Below, piece after piece: positions 11,401-21,046 of a DNA stretch of 64,000 nucleotides. The stretch's first letter is position 1, and each line of letters begins with the position of its first letter. A program made the translations under genes and the position numbers. The stretch is from Candidatus Poseidoniaceae archaeon. Its GTDB lineage: Archaea > Thermoplasmatota > Poseidoniia > Poseidoniales > Poseidoniaceae. The stretch lies in NCBI GenBank assembly GCA_030747785.1, contig JASLKC010000057.1, forward strand, positions 10,495 to 74,494, read 5' to 3'. A model generated the notes under the pieces. It had not been told where the DNA came from, searched no databases, and saw only the letters and a program-made list of their open reading frames with translations.

Positions 11401-11601
11401 TATCAGGACCACGATGATGACGGAATGGCAACAGGATGGGAGTATTACTTCAATTTCGACCCGTATGATGGTGCAGACCGCATTATTGACACCGATGGTG
11501 ATGGGCACATGAATTATTGTGAATACAAGTGGGATACCAACCCACGTGACATCAACAGTTTCCCTGGTCAGGGCCAACTGTGCAATGCATTTGAGGAGTA
11601 G
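8500..11601 (+). CDS. Membrane-anchored acidic protein with many D(T/S)DxDGLxDGxE Ca-binding (TSP3-like) repeats
   Basis: N-terminal hydrophobic segment and many DTDxDG repeats. GGAG upstream of in-frame ATG 8500. Confidence 0.8.
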   Translation: MTMSHNQMAYVAIVSTLIFGSLFVGATGFFQTSDGAGDFDSAAEEDLIGGGTNADLAADSDGDGLPDSLEESQYGTDPHDEDTDKDGMSDGWEIEHGLNPLDNGESDDAENDPSEANSEDAEIQEETDSWPDPDDGPNGDPDRDGLINSIEQELGTDPRRADTDNDGLNDKWESSYTHDIVTPTGNVTMFNPLSGNWGCLLLDDAMEEALSDRFDGEDGRPDWDSMANAQGHHSCDMVLDSDNDGLANLEEELYHTNPTLRDSDFDLIDDIVEISNSTVQLMTATGQNCGQDLLDPITRSAPFYELAEEHGLAWFEEDMDGDGQLNGPSDWDTDGDGMPDGFEYCFSNVLEHPYTGSSIAAQQILNPANSSDGYGDWDEDGMNNLEEYLVANIFGDNKFTSPWHADTDEDGMPDGWEATNGLDPRDGSNGDEDPDHDGYDADGNGLVMYSELENIATVAAIDVELDDWVSANQTVARAQITLSGGNRQTIPLVAPVDGFVYEIRVVPGQTIESRLDVWMEIVELDEMFTNLMEYNARDSDGDGIIDGRSTDPLNWDTDGDGLKDGIEVIGWEILVVNRGVQTTHVTSDPGLWDTDEDGLSDFKEYSEICDLGSNASNADTDGDGLGDQAEALNGFSWYGEDYFTSPCMYDTDNDGLEDGEEVILGQDNFLTHANNPDTDDDGLMDGHEVLFVPRPYQNPTNPLINDTDGDGMKDGWEMQVESIEDNARSHSLWVVSEPWLPPGCDSMIQCGLEEGGYMWKNWLGGFILEKKYEIHEMNLSNFAMPSNDRCNGCHGRWALDPSEGSLKDDTYDVDNDTLANSAEAPDRWNTNPVDDDTDGDLLPDGWEVSHSLQALELGLVDNTTSDAHGARGVMDPSLKDSDLDGIDDGQEDPDHDGLNRSGLIAKYCPSYDDPTSSNCHISPDTPDGKRFYDNLENYTNYEEFINGTNPITNDTDGDDWDDGPEVFYQDHDDDGMATGWEYYFNFDPYDGADRIIDTDGDGHMNYCEYKWDTNPRDINSFPGQGQLCNAFEE

Positions 11602-11604
11602 ATA

Positions 11605-13131
11605 ATGACTGAGATTAGCAGGCTGGGACTGCTATTTGTCACTCTACTGTTTGCAGTTACCATCCCATTAGATGTTGGCAGTGCTGACCATGATGGCACA
11701 GTACTAACCACAACTGCACCTGATGGAATTTGGGTGAATGATAGTCTGATAATCAATGGGTCAACCACAATACCAGCGCAAGATGCCTCCTGGGTTCTCT
11801 ACGATGTAACCGACCCGTATTCTGAATGGGAAATTTTGCGGACGGGTGAATTCTTCAGTACAGTCACACCTGTGGACGAAGGGATTTGGGTGTGGTCTAT
11901 CTCCATTGATACTCAAGGACTGAATTGCACATGCTGGCTTGAAGTAAGCCAACCTGATGGCTTGGAACGGGTTTTCTTGAATAGAATTATTTTCATCGGG
12001 GAAGGACCGCATAATCCAGTCCTTTCACCTGTACACGACCAGTCAATAATCGTAGATGAGCCAGTGCTCATTGCAACCCATGGAATTCTCGCACATGGGG
12101 ATTTAGATGATTCTCAACTGCTATTGGAATGGTGTAGTGCGCCTCAGGGAGCATGTGATGGTGATTTGCACAATCAGGAGATTAATGTCACATGGGATGG
12201 TAATGAAGGGACATTCCCGGTTGATGCTGATGCACTTAATTTGAGCGATGGCAGTTATCTATTCACCTATCATCTTAGAGATGCTGCATTACTAGAATCA
12301 CCGTTAGTATCTCTATTTGTTCATGTGGATCACACAGACCCAATCGCTTCTCTCAGTGCGCCTCTTAGTGTGAATGAATCCGAATTATTGATGATTGATG
12401 GCAGTGATAGCCGAGATGGAGTTTGGGGTAATGCCCTACAGGCAAATTGGTTCATTACATCTCCAGATGGTGTATTGAGAATTGCCGAACAATCAGAAAC
12501 AGATGGTCTCGTATTATCTCTTTATCCAGAACAGGCTGGAATCTGGAGTGTCAAAGTCGATGTAGTTGACATGGTGGGTAGAAGAGCTTCGCAAGAGATT
12601 ACAGTAATAGTCGAAAATATCGAGCCAGAATCATCATTCACGATCAACGGATTGGATGGTGCGCAATTCGCAAATTACACCTTCATCGAAGGTGATGAAA
12701 TGATATTAGATGGCTCTTCATCCATCGATACTGAATCGGACATGATTTCCCTTACTTACAGATGGACGATTGATGGCATCGACTCTGGAAACACTCCCAC
12801 AATTAATTTGAGCGAACTTGAAACTGGTACACATGTAGTGGAATTAACGGTGACTGATGATGATGGCATTACTTCTTCCAAAACGATATTATTCAGTGTG
12901 GAAGAGAAAGTTCTTCCAAATGAGAAGGCCTTGAATTACTCTGCGATTATTTTATTCGCAGTATTGGCACTAGGATTGGGCATATTTTCAACCAAGTGGT
13001 TGAAGGGAAACCAATCTGCAAACTCCATGCCAAAATGGCACAAATCTACTGATAATTCCAATGATGAATTTGACCTCAATGGCAGTGATTCAGGTATGTG
13101 GACAGACCCTAAATCCGAAGGCAAGGACTGA
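11605..13131 (+). CDS. Secreted, C-terminally anchored PKD/Ig-like domain protein
   Basis: Signal peptide, 'LDGSSSID...YRWTIDG...GTHVVELTVTDDDG' PKD motif, and a C-terminal TM helix. Confidence 0.75.
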   Translation: MTEISRLGLLFVTLLFAVTIPLDVGSADHDGTVLTTTAPDGIWVNDSLIINGSTTIPAQDASWVLYDVTDPYSEWEILRTGEFFSTVTPVDEGIWVWSISIDTQGLNCTCWLEVSQPDGLERVFLNRIIFIGEGPHNPVLSPVHDQSIIVDEPVLIATHGILAHGDLDDSQLLLEWCSAPQGACDGDLHNQEINVTWDGNEGTFPVDADALNLSDGSYLFTYHLRDAALLESPLVSLFVHVDHTDPIASLSAPLSVNESELLMIDGSDSRDGVWGNALQANWFITSPDGVLRIAEQSETDGLVLSLYPEQAGIWSVKVDVVDMVGRRASQEITVIVENIEPESSFTINGLDGAQFANYTFIEGDEMILDGSSSIDTESDMISLTYRWTIDGIDSGNTPTINLSELETGTHVVELTVTDDDGITSSKTILFSVEEKVLPNEKALNYSAIILFAVLALGLGIFSTKWLKGNQSANSMPKWHKSTDNSNDEFDLNGSDSGMWTDPKSEGKD

Positions 13132-13157
13132 AGAATCAGTTGTACGACGGATGTAAC

Positions 13158-14525
13158 ATGTGGGAGGACTCACTACGCGCTGTTGGAGCCGAACCAGCAG
13201 TATTGTCCGTTGAGGAGTATCGTGCGCGTCAGCAGCGTATTTTCTCTCAACTGCGTCCTGATGATTTATTGATAATCACAGCACCTCAAGAGTCCACCCG
13301 CTCCAACGATGTTCAGTATCCTTACCGCTCAAGTAGTGATTTGCTCTATTTGACAGGTTGGGCAGACCCAGAAGCAACAATGATCGCTCACAGCGAACAG
13401 GGCAAATGGCTCGTAACACTTTTTGTTCAACCTAAAGATGTACTAATGGAAATCTGGGAAGGGCGTCGCCCTGGAACCGAGGGGGCTGTTGCTGAGTGGG
13501 CAGTAGATTGTGCTGAGAGCCATTCCGATTTGAAGAGTATTCTAGATGAGCGCCTTTCCAAATGCACCAGAGTTTTAGTGAAAACCGGTGTTGACTATGA
13601 TATCGATGAAATAGTTACTGAGGCACTACAGGCTAATTCACGTGCCCGCCAGAGGTATGGCTCGGGACCGATTTCTATTGAAGACCCTTCCAGACGAATT
13701 TCTGAATTGCGATTACGTAAATCCGAGGGAGAGATATCCCAAATGAGGCATTCAGCCAAAGTTGCTTCTCAAGCACATATTCAGGCTATGAAAAACACTC
13801 GACCAGGCGTGGGTGAATGGCAACTCGAAGGTGTGATTGAAGGCCTATTCAAATATGCACGAACCAGTGGTACTGCATATCCTTGTATCATTGGAAGTGG
13901 TGATAATGCTACAGTACTGCATTATACTGTAAATGATGATATTTGTGAAGATGGAGAAATATTGCTTATCGATGCAGGTTGTGAATACCGAGGTTATGCC
14001 TCTGATATTACCCGTTCTTGGCCGGTAAATGGTAAATTTTCTGAGGCCCAAACTGAGATTTATCAACTCGTATTAGACTCTCAATTGGCTGCGATTGATA
14101 AGTGTAGAATCGGCAACCCTTACGATGCACCACACGAGGAAGCTCGCAGGGTACTCGCTGAAGGTCTAATCAATCTAGGGATAATCACTCAGACCCTAGA
14201 AGAAGCGCTAGATCCTGAAAATGGTGAACTGAAGAAATGGTATATGCACAATACTGGGCATTGGATTGGCTTGGATGTTCACGATGTAGGAGTTTACCGT
14301 CCCGATGATGAGGCCAGAGTTTTCGAAGAAGGCATGGTCATTACAGTTGAGCCAGGACTTTACTTTGGTTCTTGGAGACCAGATGTCGAATGTCCACCAA
14401 GATATTCCGATATCGGAATTAGAATCGAAGACGATGTTCTCATTACAACCGATGGCCCAGACGTGCTATCATCCGATTGTCCCAAGACCATTGTGGAAAT
14501 TGAGGCAATAGTGGGAACCGCTTGA
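13158..14525 (+). CDS. pepP: Xaa-Pro aminopeptidase (M24B)
   Basis: 'RSNDVQYPYR', 'LIDAGCEYRGYASDITR', 'HNTGHWIGLDVHD', 'TVEPGLY', 'GIRIEDD'. Confidence 0.92.
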   Translation: MWEDSLRAVGAEPAVLSVEEYRARQQRIFSQLRPDDLLIITAPQESTRSNDVQYPYRSSSDLLYLTGWADPEATMIAHSEQGKWLVTLFVQPKDVLMEIWEGRRPGTEGAVAEWAVDCAESHSDLKSILDERLSKCTRVLVKTGVDYDIDEIVTEALQANSRARQRYGSGPISIEDPSRRISELRLRKSEGEISQMRHSAKVASQAHIQAMKNTRPGVGEWQLEGVIEGLFKYARTSGTAYPCIIGSGDNATVLHYTVNDDICEDGEILLIDAGCEYRGYASDITRSWPVNGKFSEAQTEIYQLVLDSQLAAIDKCRIGNPYDAPHEEARRVLAEGLINLGIITQTLEEALDPENGELKKWYMHNTGHWIGLDVHDVGVYRPDDEARVFEEGMVITVEPGLYFGSWRPDVECPPRYSDIGIRIEDDVLITTDGPDVLSSDCPKTIVEIEAIVGTA

Positions 14526-14534
14526 GGTGAATCG

Positions 14535-15701
14535 ATGTCTTGGAGGTCTATCCTCGAATCACACATGTCTTCAGGAGAAAGACTCACAGTTGAAGATGCA
14601 GTCATTCTCTATCGTGATGCCCCTCTACATTCACTTCGAAGCGCTGCAAATGTTAGGCGGAAACAAATGTTGCCGAGTGGTGAAGTAACTTATCTCATAG
14701 ATCGCAATATCAATTACACTAATATTTGCACAATTAACTGCCAGTTTTGTTCATTTTATCGCCCTCCTAGTCATGAGGAAACCTATACTCAAACCACTGA
14801 ACAAATCAGTGCGAGAATCTCTGAACTCGAAGAAATTGGAGGAGTGAGAATCCTGATGCAAGGCGGGGTAAATCCCGAATTGGGTATCGAATGGTACACA
14901 AACTTGCTCAATGAATTGAAAAATCGCCACCCCACGATAGATCTCGATTGCTTTAGTCCAATCGAAATTGAAGGAATTGCGGAGGTCACAGGACTCTCTA
15001 CATTGGAAGTACTCACTCAATTGAAGTCTGCTGGCATGCATGGTTTACCCGGCGGTGGAGCGGAAATGTTAGTCGATGATATCCGCATGGATATCTCGCC
15101 AAAGAAAGGTGCACCAGAAAATTGGCTGAGGGTAATGGGAGAGGCCCAGTCCCTTGGATTAATCACCAGTGCTACCAATGTAATTGGATTTGGAGAGGGT
15201 GCTGAAGCTAGAATTGAGCACATGTATAGGTTGAGAATATTGCAAGAAGAATCCCTTGAAATTCACGGTATTGGATTCACTTCTTTCATTGCATGGCCCG
15301 TACAGTTAGAGAATAACACATATGGTAAGCGTAATCGAGGAAGGAATCGCATTGAATTAGGCGCTGGTCCAAGCGAGTATCTCAGACATGTTGCCATTGC
15401 CCGATTATTCCTTGACAATTTTAACCACATTCAAGCATCATGGCCTACCATGGGTCTTGATATTGCACAAATAGCACTTCTTGGCGGTGCTGATGATATT
15501 GGTTCAACTATGATGGAAGAAAATGTAGTTTCAGCCTCTGGAACTGAAAAATTGGAGGCGAGTGAGGATGAGTTGCAATCGGCTATCGTGCGGGCTGGAT
15601 TCACGCCTCGTCGACGAAATTCACGCTATGATTTACTCGAAACTCCCGAACCGGTTTTGGTGCGGGAACAAATGGCTGCTCCATCACCCTCTCAGGTTTG
15701 A
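14535..15701 (+). CDS. mqnC: CofH/MqnC-family radical SAM enzyme (cyclic dehypoxanthine futalosine synthase-like)
   Basis: 'RNINYTNICTINCQFCSF' CxxxCxxC motif, 'PGGGAE', 'HIQASW', 'GSTMMEENVVSA'. Confidence 0.8.
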   Translation: MSWRSILESHMSSGERLTVEDAVILYRDAPLHSLRSAANVRRKQMLPSGEVTYLIDRNINYTNICTINCQFCSFYRPPSHEETYTQTTEQISARISELEEIGGVRILMQGGVNPELGIEWYTNLLNELKNRHPTIDLDCFSPIEIEGIAEVTGLSTLEVLTQLKSAGMHGLPGGGAEMLVDDIRMDISPKKGAPENWLRVMGEAQSLGLITSATNVIGFGEGAEARIEHMYRLRILQEESLEIHGIGFTSFIAWPVQLENNTYGKRNRGRNRIELGAGPSEYLRHVAIARLFLDNFNHIQASWPTMGLDIAQIALLGGADDIGSTMMEENVVSASGTEKLEASEDELQSAIVRAGFTPRRRNSRYDLLETPEPVLVREQMAAPSPSQV

Positions 15702-18676
15702 TCATACCAGACTAGCCACACATTTGCACGAATTTCTCTACTGCCACCACTGGTATCTTGAGGCACATATTCTTGGCCATTATAGAGCCCTTTGTAGACT
15801 AGATTATTCGTGCTTGAGTTATCGACCCAGTCGCTGATATCGTGAGTCCATTGTTTGACATCTTGACCAGCACACCAACCCGCTCTACCATATGGCCATG
15901 AACCAAATTGGTTTGCAGTAACGCCACGGTCAACTTCATTTTCACATCCTCTATTATCGTGAACTATTGGATGCCACTCATATGCATGGAATCCGTTGAG
16001 GTAGTAATGATGTTCGTGGTCGCAGAATTCCGCACAATTTGCTTGGTCTTGATTGAAGCCATGACCAGTAATTGTCGCAACAATTTTTACATTCTCATAA
16101 CTCGCTAAAGTTGTGAAATTATGCTGGCGTTTGTAATTGGATTCATTATTATATTGACCATTGAATTGACCACCTGTAAACACCTGCTCTCCACTGGTTG
16201 AACGCTCGCCAACATCCCAGTCACTGAAGAGCAATTTCACAGTCATAAGACCCTTATTTGCACCTTCGTATTTGAAGGTGCGAACATCCCCTTCTTCGAG
16301 CATGAATAAGTAAGGAGTAATGTCTGTAAGCCAACGTCCTTCCCGGCCATAAGTTGTAATCCAACGCATGAATTCCGTGCCGCAAATACTGGAATTATCA
16401 CGGTCACAAATTTTCAGATATGCGAGATAATCCCACTCGTGGCACCCCCCATAGCCTCCCTGGCCGTCTGAGTGGCGATTGCGTCTATCCTCGCACCCAT
16501 GTTCGTGGAATATTTCTAGAGTATCATATTGAGAAACATCGCGGGGTAAATCGATTGAAATATTGTCGTAAGCGCTACGGTAACCACCACTCCAACCACC
16601 GCTATGCCAGGTCTCATCCACGACTGTTACGACATGAACTCCGGGGTCTTGTTCCCGAATCTCGGACATGAATTCGTAATTGTACATCCTTGCTTCATAT
16701 GCCCAATGAGTGTGGTCATTTCCACTGGTAAGCCAATCGTTTAGCGAACCCGTTTCCCGAGCCCGCTGGAATCTATCTATGCCGTAAGAAAGAGACTGCC
16801 AATTATTGATGAGATCTCCCAATCCTCCACCGATATTACTCGCGTCTTGGTCGATGAAGTGGATTCTATCCATCCACTTCTCTTCCTCATCGGGATTAAG
16901 TGCATTTAGAACTGCAGTTTTTCTTGAGGTTACATCATTGTGGTATGTGGAGTCAAATGAACCATAGAAAAGGTGAGTATTATCTGGTAATTTGCGAATT
17001 AATGAACCTGGGTTACCAGCCCAATCGCCATTATTTGAGTTCCCAGAACTGTCGGTATATTTGAGCAGGAAAATGTAGACATCGTCACCAGTCCATTCAT
17101 TTCTGAAATAAAATGAACCATCGAGGCAAGGTAGGCTAAAGTGCGCAACTTTGTCGAAGCGCCCGTTCCCAGTGCCGCTTTCACTCCATGCAATTGGTAA
17201 TTGATATACAGCACATCCCGCTAAATCAACAGTCCATTTTTGCATCGTATCTGAACAGTTATCGACATTTGAAAATACTCCATCACCATCGAGATCAGCA
17301 CATCCAACTTCGTTGACTATATTGCCAATAGGAGTTCCTTCACATTGGTCAATGTCATCATTCACCCCATCGGTATCGCTATCCCTCTCACTAGCTGCAC
17401 AACCTCGCTCATCGACATCTAATGAGCCGAGAGGGGTCTGAGGGCATTCATCGAGAATCACTCCGGTAGAATTGACATCATCAACTCCATCATCGTCATC
17501 ATCATCGTCTTCTGTAGCATCATTACAACCATCGCCATCAAAATCAGAGTTTACATCGCTCACCCAATTTTGCAGGCCTTTCCAACATGAATCAGTGCTA
17601 TCCAATACGAGGTCGTTATCATCATCATCATCTTCGCCCATGTCTTTGCATCCATCGGAATCCCAATCTGAATACAGGTCAGAATTCCAATCTGTCAAAC
17701 CTAATGGGCACGCGTCCACGGTATCTTCAATCCCATCACCATCGTCATCACTATCATCAGTAGCGTCTGCACACCCATCCTGATCATGGTCGTTTTCAAA
17801 TGTTGAAACCCACCCTATTTCTGACGCACAAGAATCATCAACATCGGGAATGAGGTCATTATCATCATCCCTATCTTCTTCGAAATCATGACAGCCATCA
17901 CCGTCTCTATCGGTTGCTGGATTTGGGTTCCAACCATCGCTTTCTCCAAATCCATCCGGGCACGAATCATCATCATCTGCGATTCCATCTCCATCCATAT
18001 CGTCTCCTCCATTTAGGAATACACGTACAAGTCTGGAATCATTTGTTTGTGTCCATTGGCCACATGTTGCCGTAATGGTGAGTGAAATATCCTCTTCTAC
18101 AACCCCAAGAGGAACACTGAATGTGCCCTCGTCAGTTACATCACGCGCATGTCCTTGGTCGCTCGTGATTATGCAAGTTGAAAGCGATGTGTGGCTAATA
18201 GTTCCAGTTAATGTAAATGGCATTTCACTTTCCAATTCATGAATGGTCTCCATCGATAGCGATGTAATGCCTTCATCGGGTTTTGCGGCATCCATAATTA
18301 ACGAATCATCCACTTCTAAATCAAGGAGAGAAATTGTAACATGTACCATCCATTCACCAGGAGAATCAGGTACCCATGCAATTTGTAGACCATTTACAGT
18401 ATCGCTTACTGAGTATTCAATATCAGCAATACCGGTGGCTGAAATAAAACGAATAGTATGACTGTATTGTGCGTCTGCGGGTTCGACAATAATCTGTGCT
18501 GAAACGACATGCATCAAGCCAACTTTACCAGTGTCTGCACCGGATAATTCGATTGTAGCCACAGTCTCTTTGACTTCTATAATCGGCTCGACATCACCAT
18601 CATCGGTGGCGCCAAGACAACCTGAAAGAATCATGATTGTGACGAGAAGAAAAGCCCTAACCGACTTTCCATCCAT
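15692..18676 (-). CDS. Lipoprotein with TSP3-like Ca-binding repeats and C-terminal PNGase F-like domain
   Basis: Lipobox 'ILSGCLG', DxDxDGCxD repeats, and PNGase F-like motifs 'CHEWDY', 'EFMRWITTY', 'CAEFC', 'GSWPYGRAGWCAG'. Confidence 0.8.
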   Translation of the reverse strand: MDGKSVRAFLLVTIMILSGCLGATDDGDVEPIIEVKETVATIELSGADTGKVGLMHVVSAQIIVEPADAQYSHTIRFISATGIADIEYSVSDTVNGLQIAWVPDSPGEWMVHVTISLLDLEVDDSLIMDAAKPDEGITSLSMETIHELESEMPFTLTGTISHTSLSTCIITSDQGHARDVTDEGTFSVPLGVVEEDISLTITATCGQWTQTNDSRLVRVFLNGGDDMDGDGIADDDDSCPDGFGESDGWNPNPATDRDGDGCHDFEEDRDDDNDLIPDVDDSCASEIGWVSTFENDHDQDGCADATDDSDDDGDGIEDTVDACPLGLTDWNSDLYSDWDSDGCKDMGEDDDDDNDLVLDSTDSCWKGLQNWVSDVNSDFDGDGCNDATEDDDDDDDGVDDVNSTGVILDECPQTPLGSLDVDERGCAASERDSDTDGVNDDIDQCEGTPIGNIVNEVGCADLDGDGVFSNVDNCSDTMQKWTVDLAGCAVYQLPIAWSESGTGNGRFDKVAHFSLPCLDGSFYFRNEWTGDDVYIFLLKYTDSSGNSNNGDWAGNPGSLIRKLPDNTHLFYGSFDSTYHNDVTSRKTAVLNALNPDEEEKWMDRIHFIDQDASNIGGGLGDLINNWQSLSYGIDRFQRARETGSLNDWLTSGNDHTHWAYEARMYNYEFMSEIREQDPGVHVVTVVDETWHSGGWSGGYRSAYDNISIDLPRDVSQYDTLEIFHEHGCEDRRNRHSDGQGGYGGCHEWDYLAYLKICDRDNSSICGTEFMRWITTYGREGRWLTDITPYLFMLEEGDVRTFKYEGANKGLMTVKLLFSDWDVGERSTSGEQVFTGGQFNGQYNNESNYKRQHNFTTLASYENVKIVATITGHGFNQDQANCAEFCDHEHHYYLNGFHAYEWHPIVHDNRGCENEVDRGVTANQFGSWPYGRAGWCAGQDVKQWTHDISDWVDNSSTNNLVYKGLYNGQEYVPQDTSGGSREIRANVWLVWYDQT

Positions 18677-18713
18677 GGGTAGTCCACGCCAATCAAGCAG
18701 ATGAATGCTCGTA

Positions 18714-19790
18714 TTATAGAGAGTCACTCTCTGAGCGCCCATCACTGATAATCAAATTTGGATTCACGACTTCAGAGTCGGGATGTTTGACCTCTAGTGG
18801 AGAAACCCAAAGCAGAGGTCCATCCTTTTGGCGGCGAATAAGAAGAATCAATTCCCAATGCACTCTAATCAATCCACAATAAAGTGAACCAGGCCAATCT
18901 CCATCTGGAGACTCCAAAGAAAATTCACCACCTTCGAGAGTCATTTTTTCGCTACCGCCACTCGACATTATCCTCATAGGTCTAAGAAATACCCCACCTG
19001 GTATGTCATCACGTTGCATTGGAGCATCTTCACCCATACCTGTACCGTCATCGAGTCCTTTTTCCCAGTGGTGCGGTAGTGGCGTAGTAAGACCGGGAGG
19101 AGGCTGAGAATTCACATCCTTTCCAAGTGCTGTGAAAACCTTGTGCCTAGCGGGAGATAAGATTCCACATCGCCAAGTAATAGTGATATCCATCCAATCA
19201 TCCCTAGTTTCTGGAAGGGTAATTTTTCCCTTTAGTGCTTCACCTGAAATGATATCATCAAGATTGATGGTTGGCTGAATTGGCGCACTGTTTAGAAAGG
19301 TATTCTGTCGCTTTAGATCTCCAAGATTTGCACCGACTCGCAAAGCAATAGGGGTGAGCATGAATGGTACAACAATTAGTGCAAGTGCGGGGTAATCTAG
19401 CATTCCCAACCGTATTTTTCCTGTACCAAATACTGGGATTCCAATTGATTCTTGAAGCGGAGCGGTGAAAAGGTAGAACAGGCACAATAGTAGAACTATT
19501 ACTGAGCCATTGATAAATTTTCGAGCTTGGCCGTGAATTGGGTGAGGGAGTAGATACCAACCCGTTCTTTGCTGTTTGATAATCGCTGGTTCCTCTCCAT
19601 GAAAATCCAAGTCGTACTCATCACCCTCTACAACTCTTTCAATCAGCCATCCATCTTCATTTCCGACCTTGAATGGCGGTGCAATATCGCCTTCTACTTC
19701 GTATGTACTCTCGGCAATGGGTAAGGCTGCAGGAATTAGGCGTTCTGCCTCGAATGGAGGATATCGTACACGTTGCGTGACTTTCACCAT
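18714..19790 (-). CDS. Hypothetical membrane protein (two TM plus soluble C-terminal domain)
   Basis: 358-aa ORF directly downstream of the reductase gene with a GAGGT RBS-like site; two hydrophobic helices. Confidence 0.6.
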   Translation of the reverse strand: MVKVTQRVRYPPFEAERLIPAALPIAESTYEVEGDIAPPFKVGNEDGWLIERVVEGDEYDLDFHGEEPAIIKQQRTGWYLLPHPIHGQARKFINGSVIVLLLCLFYLFTAPLQESIGIPVFGTGKIRLGMLDYPALALIVVPFMLTPIALRVGANLGDLKRQNTFLNSAPIQPTINLDDIISGEALKGKITLPETRDDWMDITITWRCGILSPARHKVFTALGKDVNSQPPPGLTTPLPHHWEKGLDDGTGMGEDAPMQRDDIPGGVFLRPMRIMSSGGSEKMTLEGGEFSLESPDGDWPGSLYCGLIRVHWELILLIRRQKDGPLLWVSPLEVKHPDSEVVNPNLIISDGRSESDSL

Positions 19791-19799
19791 ACTGATACC

Positions 19800-21005
19800 T
19801 CATGCAAATAATATTTTTATTCCAGCTTTCAGGGCGAGTTTCCTGAATTCAGGAACGCGTTTTAGCAGAGTCAACCCCAAAGGAACCGGATGTTCAATAT
19901 CTCCTTTGACATTGATTAATTCCAAAATTTCAGGTCGGTTAAACATAGTGAAAATATTGTCTAGTTCATCATCAGCAGGCAGAGTTACCAACAAGTCTCG
20001 TAGCGCTCTTGCACGATCTTGTTCCTTGCGCATTGCCTTGTATGAATTGCAAATAATTGCGAGGTCTGCTGCAAGTAAATGTTCGGATTCAATCGCATTA
20101 ATTAATTCGGAGGCAATCAGTTCAATCTGCCTAAATCCAGGTCCGATTCCGCCTCCAGTAGTTGGTTTTGCCATTCCTGCAGCATCACCAATTAGCATCA
20201 CTCTATCCTTGAATGGCTTTTTTACTATACCACAGGGAATTGGACCGCAGTACCGTGCTATTTCCTTCATTCCAGTGAATCTTTCACGCCATAATGGATG
20301 ACTCAATAGTGCATCATATAATTGTTCGACACTACGGCCTTCCAACTCTTGTGGTCGAGCCCATACTCCTATTCGATGAGTTCCTTGTCCCGAAGGAATT
20401 ACCCATGCAAATAACCCCGGAGCAACATCTCTTCCAGTGTACATCTCCAGCCAATTTTCCTTACCTGAAAGTCCTGTGACATCAGTTTGGAAACCAATCA
20501 TCATCTCCTTTGGTTTGCCCATTTTGAAGTGTCTTCGTGTCCAAGAATGGGCACCATCGGCACCAACTAATAATGAGCAACTGATTTCGATTTTTTCTCC
20601 TTCCCTTTCGACTAGGAGGTTCACGCCATCATCTACAACTGTTGCATCAAGTGGTTTCGAAAGTAACCAGAGATGTGCCCCTTCTTCCATAGCTTGTCGA
20701 ACCACACCTTGGTCGAAGCGCTTACGGCACACTACATGAGTTCGAATCTCTCCAGGAGAACCTACTGGGACTTGGATGCCAGTGGGTGAATGGATTAGTG
20801 CACCATCGACATTCTGTAGGATGGTTTCGTGGAGTCCGACCATATCCATTGCAGGTGGATTTACTAGGCCTGCACATTGGAATGGTCTGCCGATTTCTGC
20901 ATGCTCTTCAAGCATGAGTGTACTAATTCCCGATGCAGCCAATTCTGTGGCTAGCCTTCCACCGACTGGGCCGGCTCCAACTATGACCACTTGGAAGTGC
21001 ATCAT
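19800..21005 (-). CDS. Geranylgeranyl reductase family FAD oxidoreductase (digeranylgeranylglycerophospholipid reductase-like)
   Basis: 'VIVGAGPVG', 'QCAGL', 'GADG', 'PGLFAWVIP', 'IGDAAGMAKPTTGGGI'. Confidence 0.88.
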   Translation of the reverse strand: MMHFQVVIVGAGPVGGRLATELAASGISTLMLEEHAEIGRPFQCAGLVNPPAMDMVGLHETILQNVDGALIHSPTGIQVPVGSPGEIRTHVVCRKRFDQGVVRQAMEEGAHLWLLSKPLDATVVDDGVNLLVEREGEKIEISCSLLVGADGAHSWTRRHFKMGKPKEMMIGFQTDVTGLSGKENWLEMYTGRDVAPGLFAWVIPSGQGTHRIGVWARPQELEGRSVEQLYDALLSHPLWRERFTGMKEIARYCGPIPCGIVKKPFKDRVMLIGDAAGMAKPTTGGGIGPGFRQIELIASELINAIESEHLLAADLAIICNSYKAMRKEQDRARALRDLLVTLPADDELDNIFTMFNRPEILELINVKGDIEHPVPLGLTLLKRVPEFRKLALKAGIKILFA

Positions 21006-21046
21006 GAGGTCGTCCCATAGGGACGGCTGTCAATGTTGTGCAAGCA

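Noticed and set aside
8500..18676. CRISPR array or DNA tandem repeats in GATGGTGATGG-rich stretches
   Set aside because: The repetition is degenerate and codon-phased, reflecting DxDxDG protein repeats. There is no constant repeat-spacer structure.
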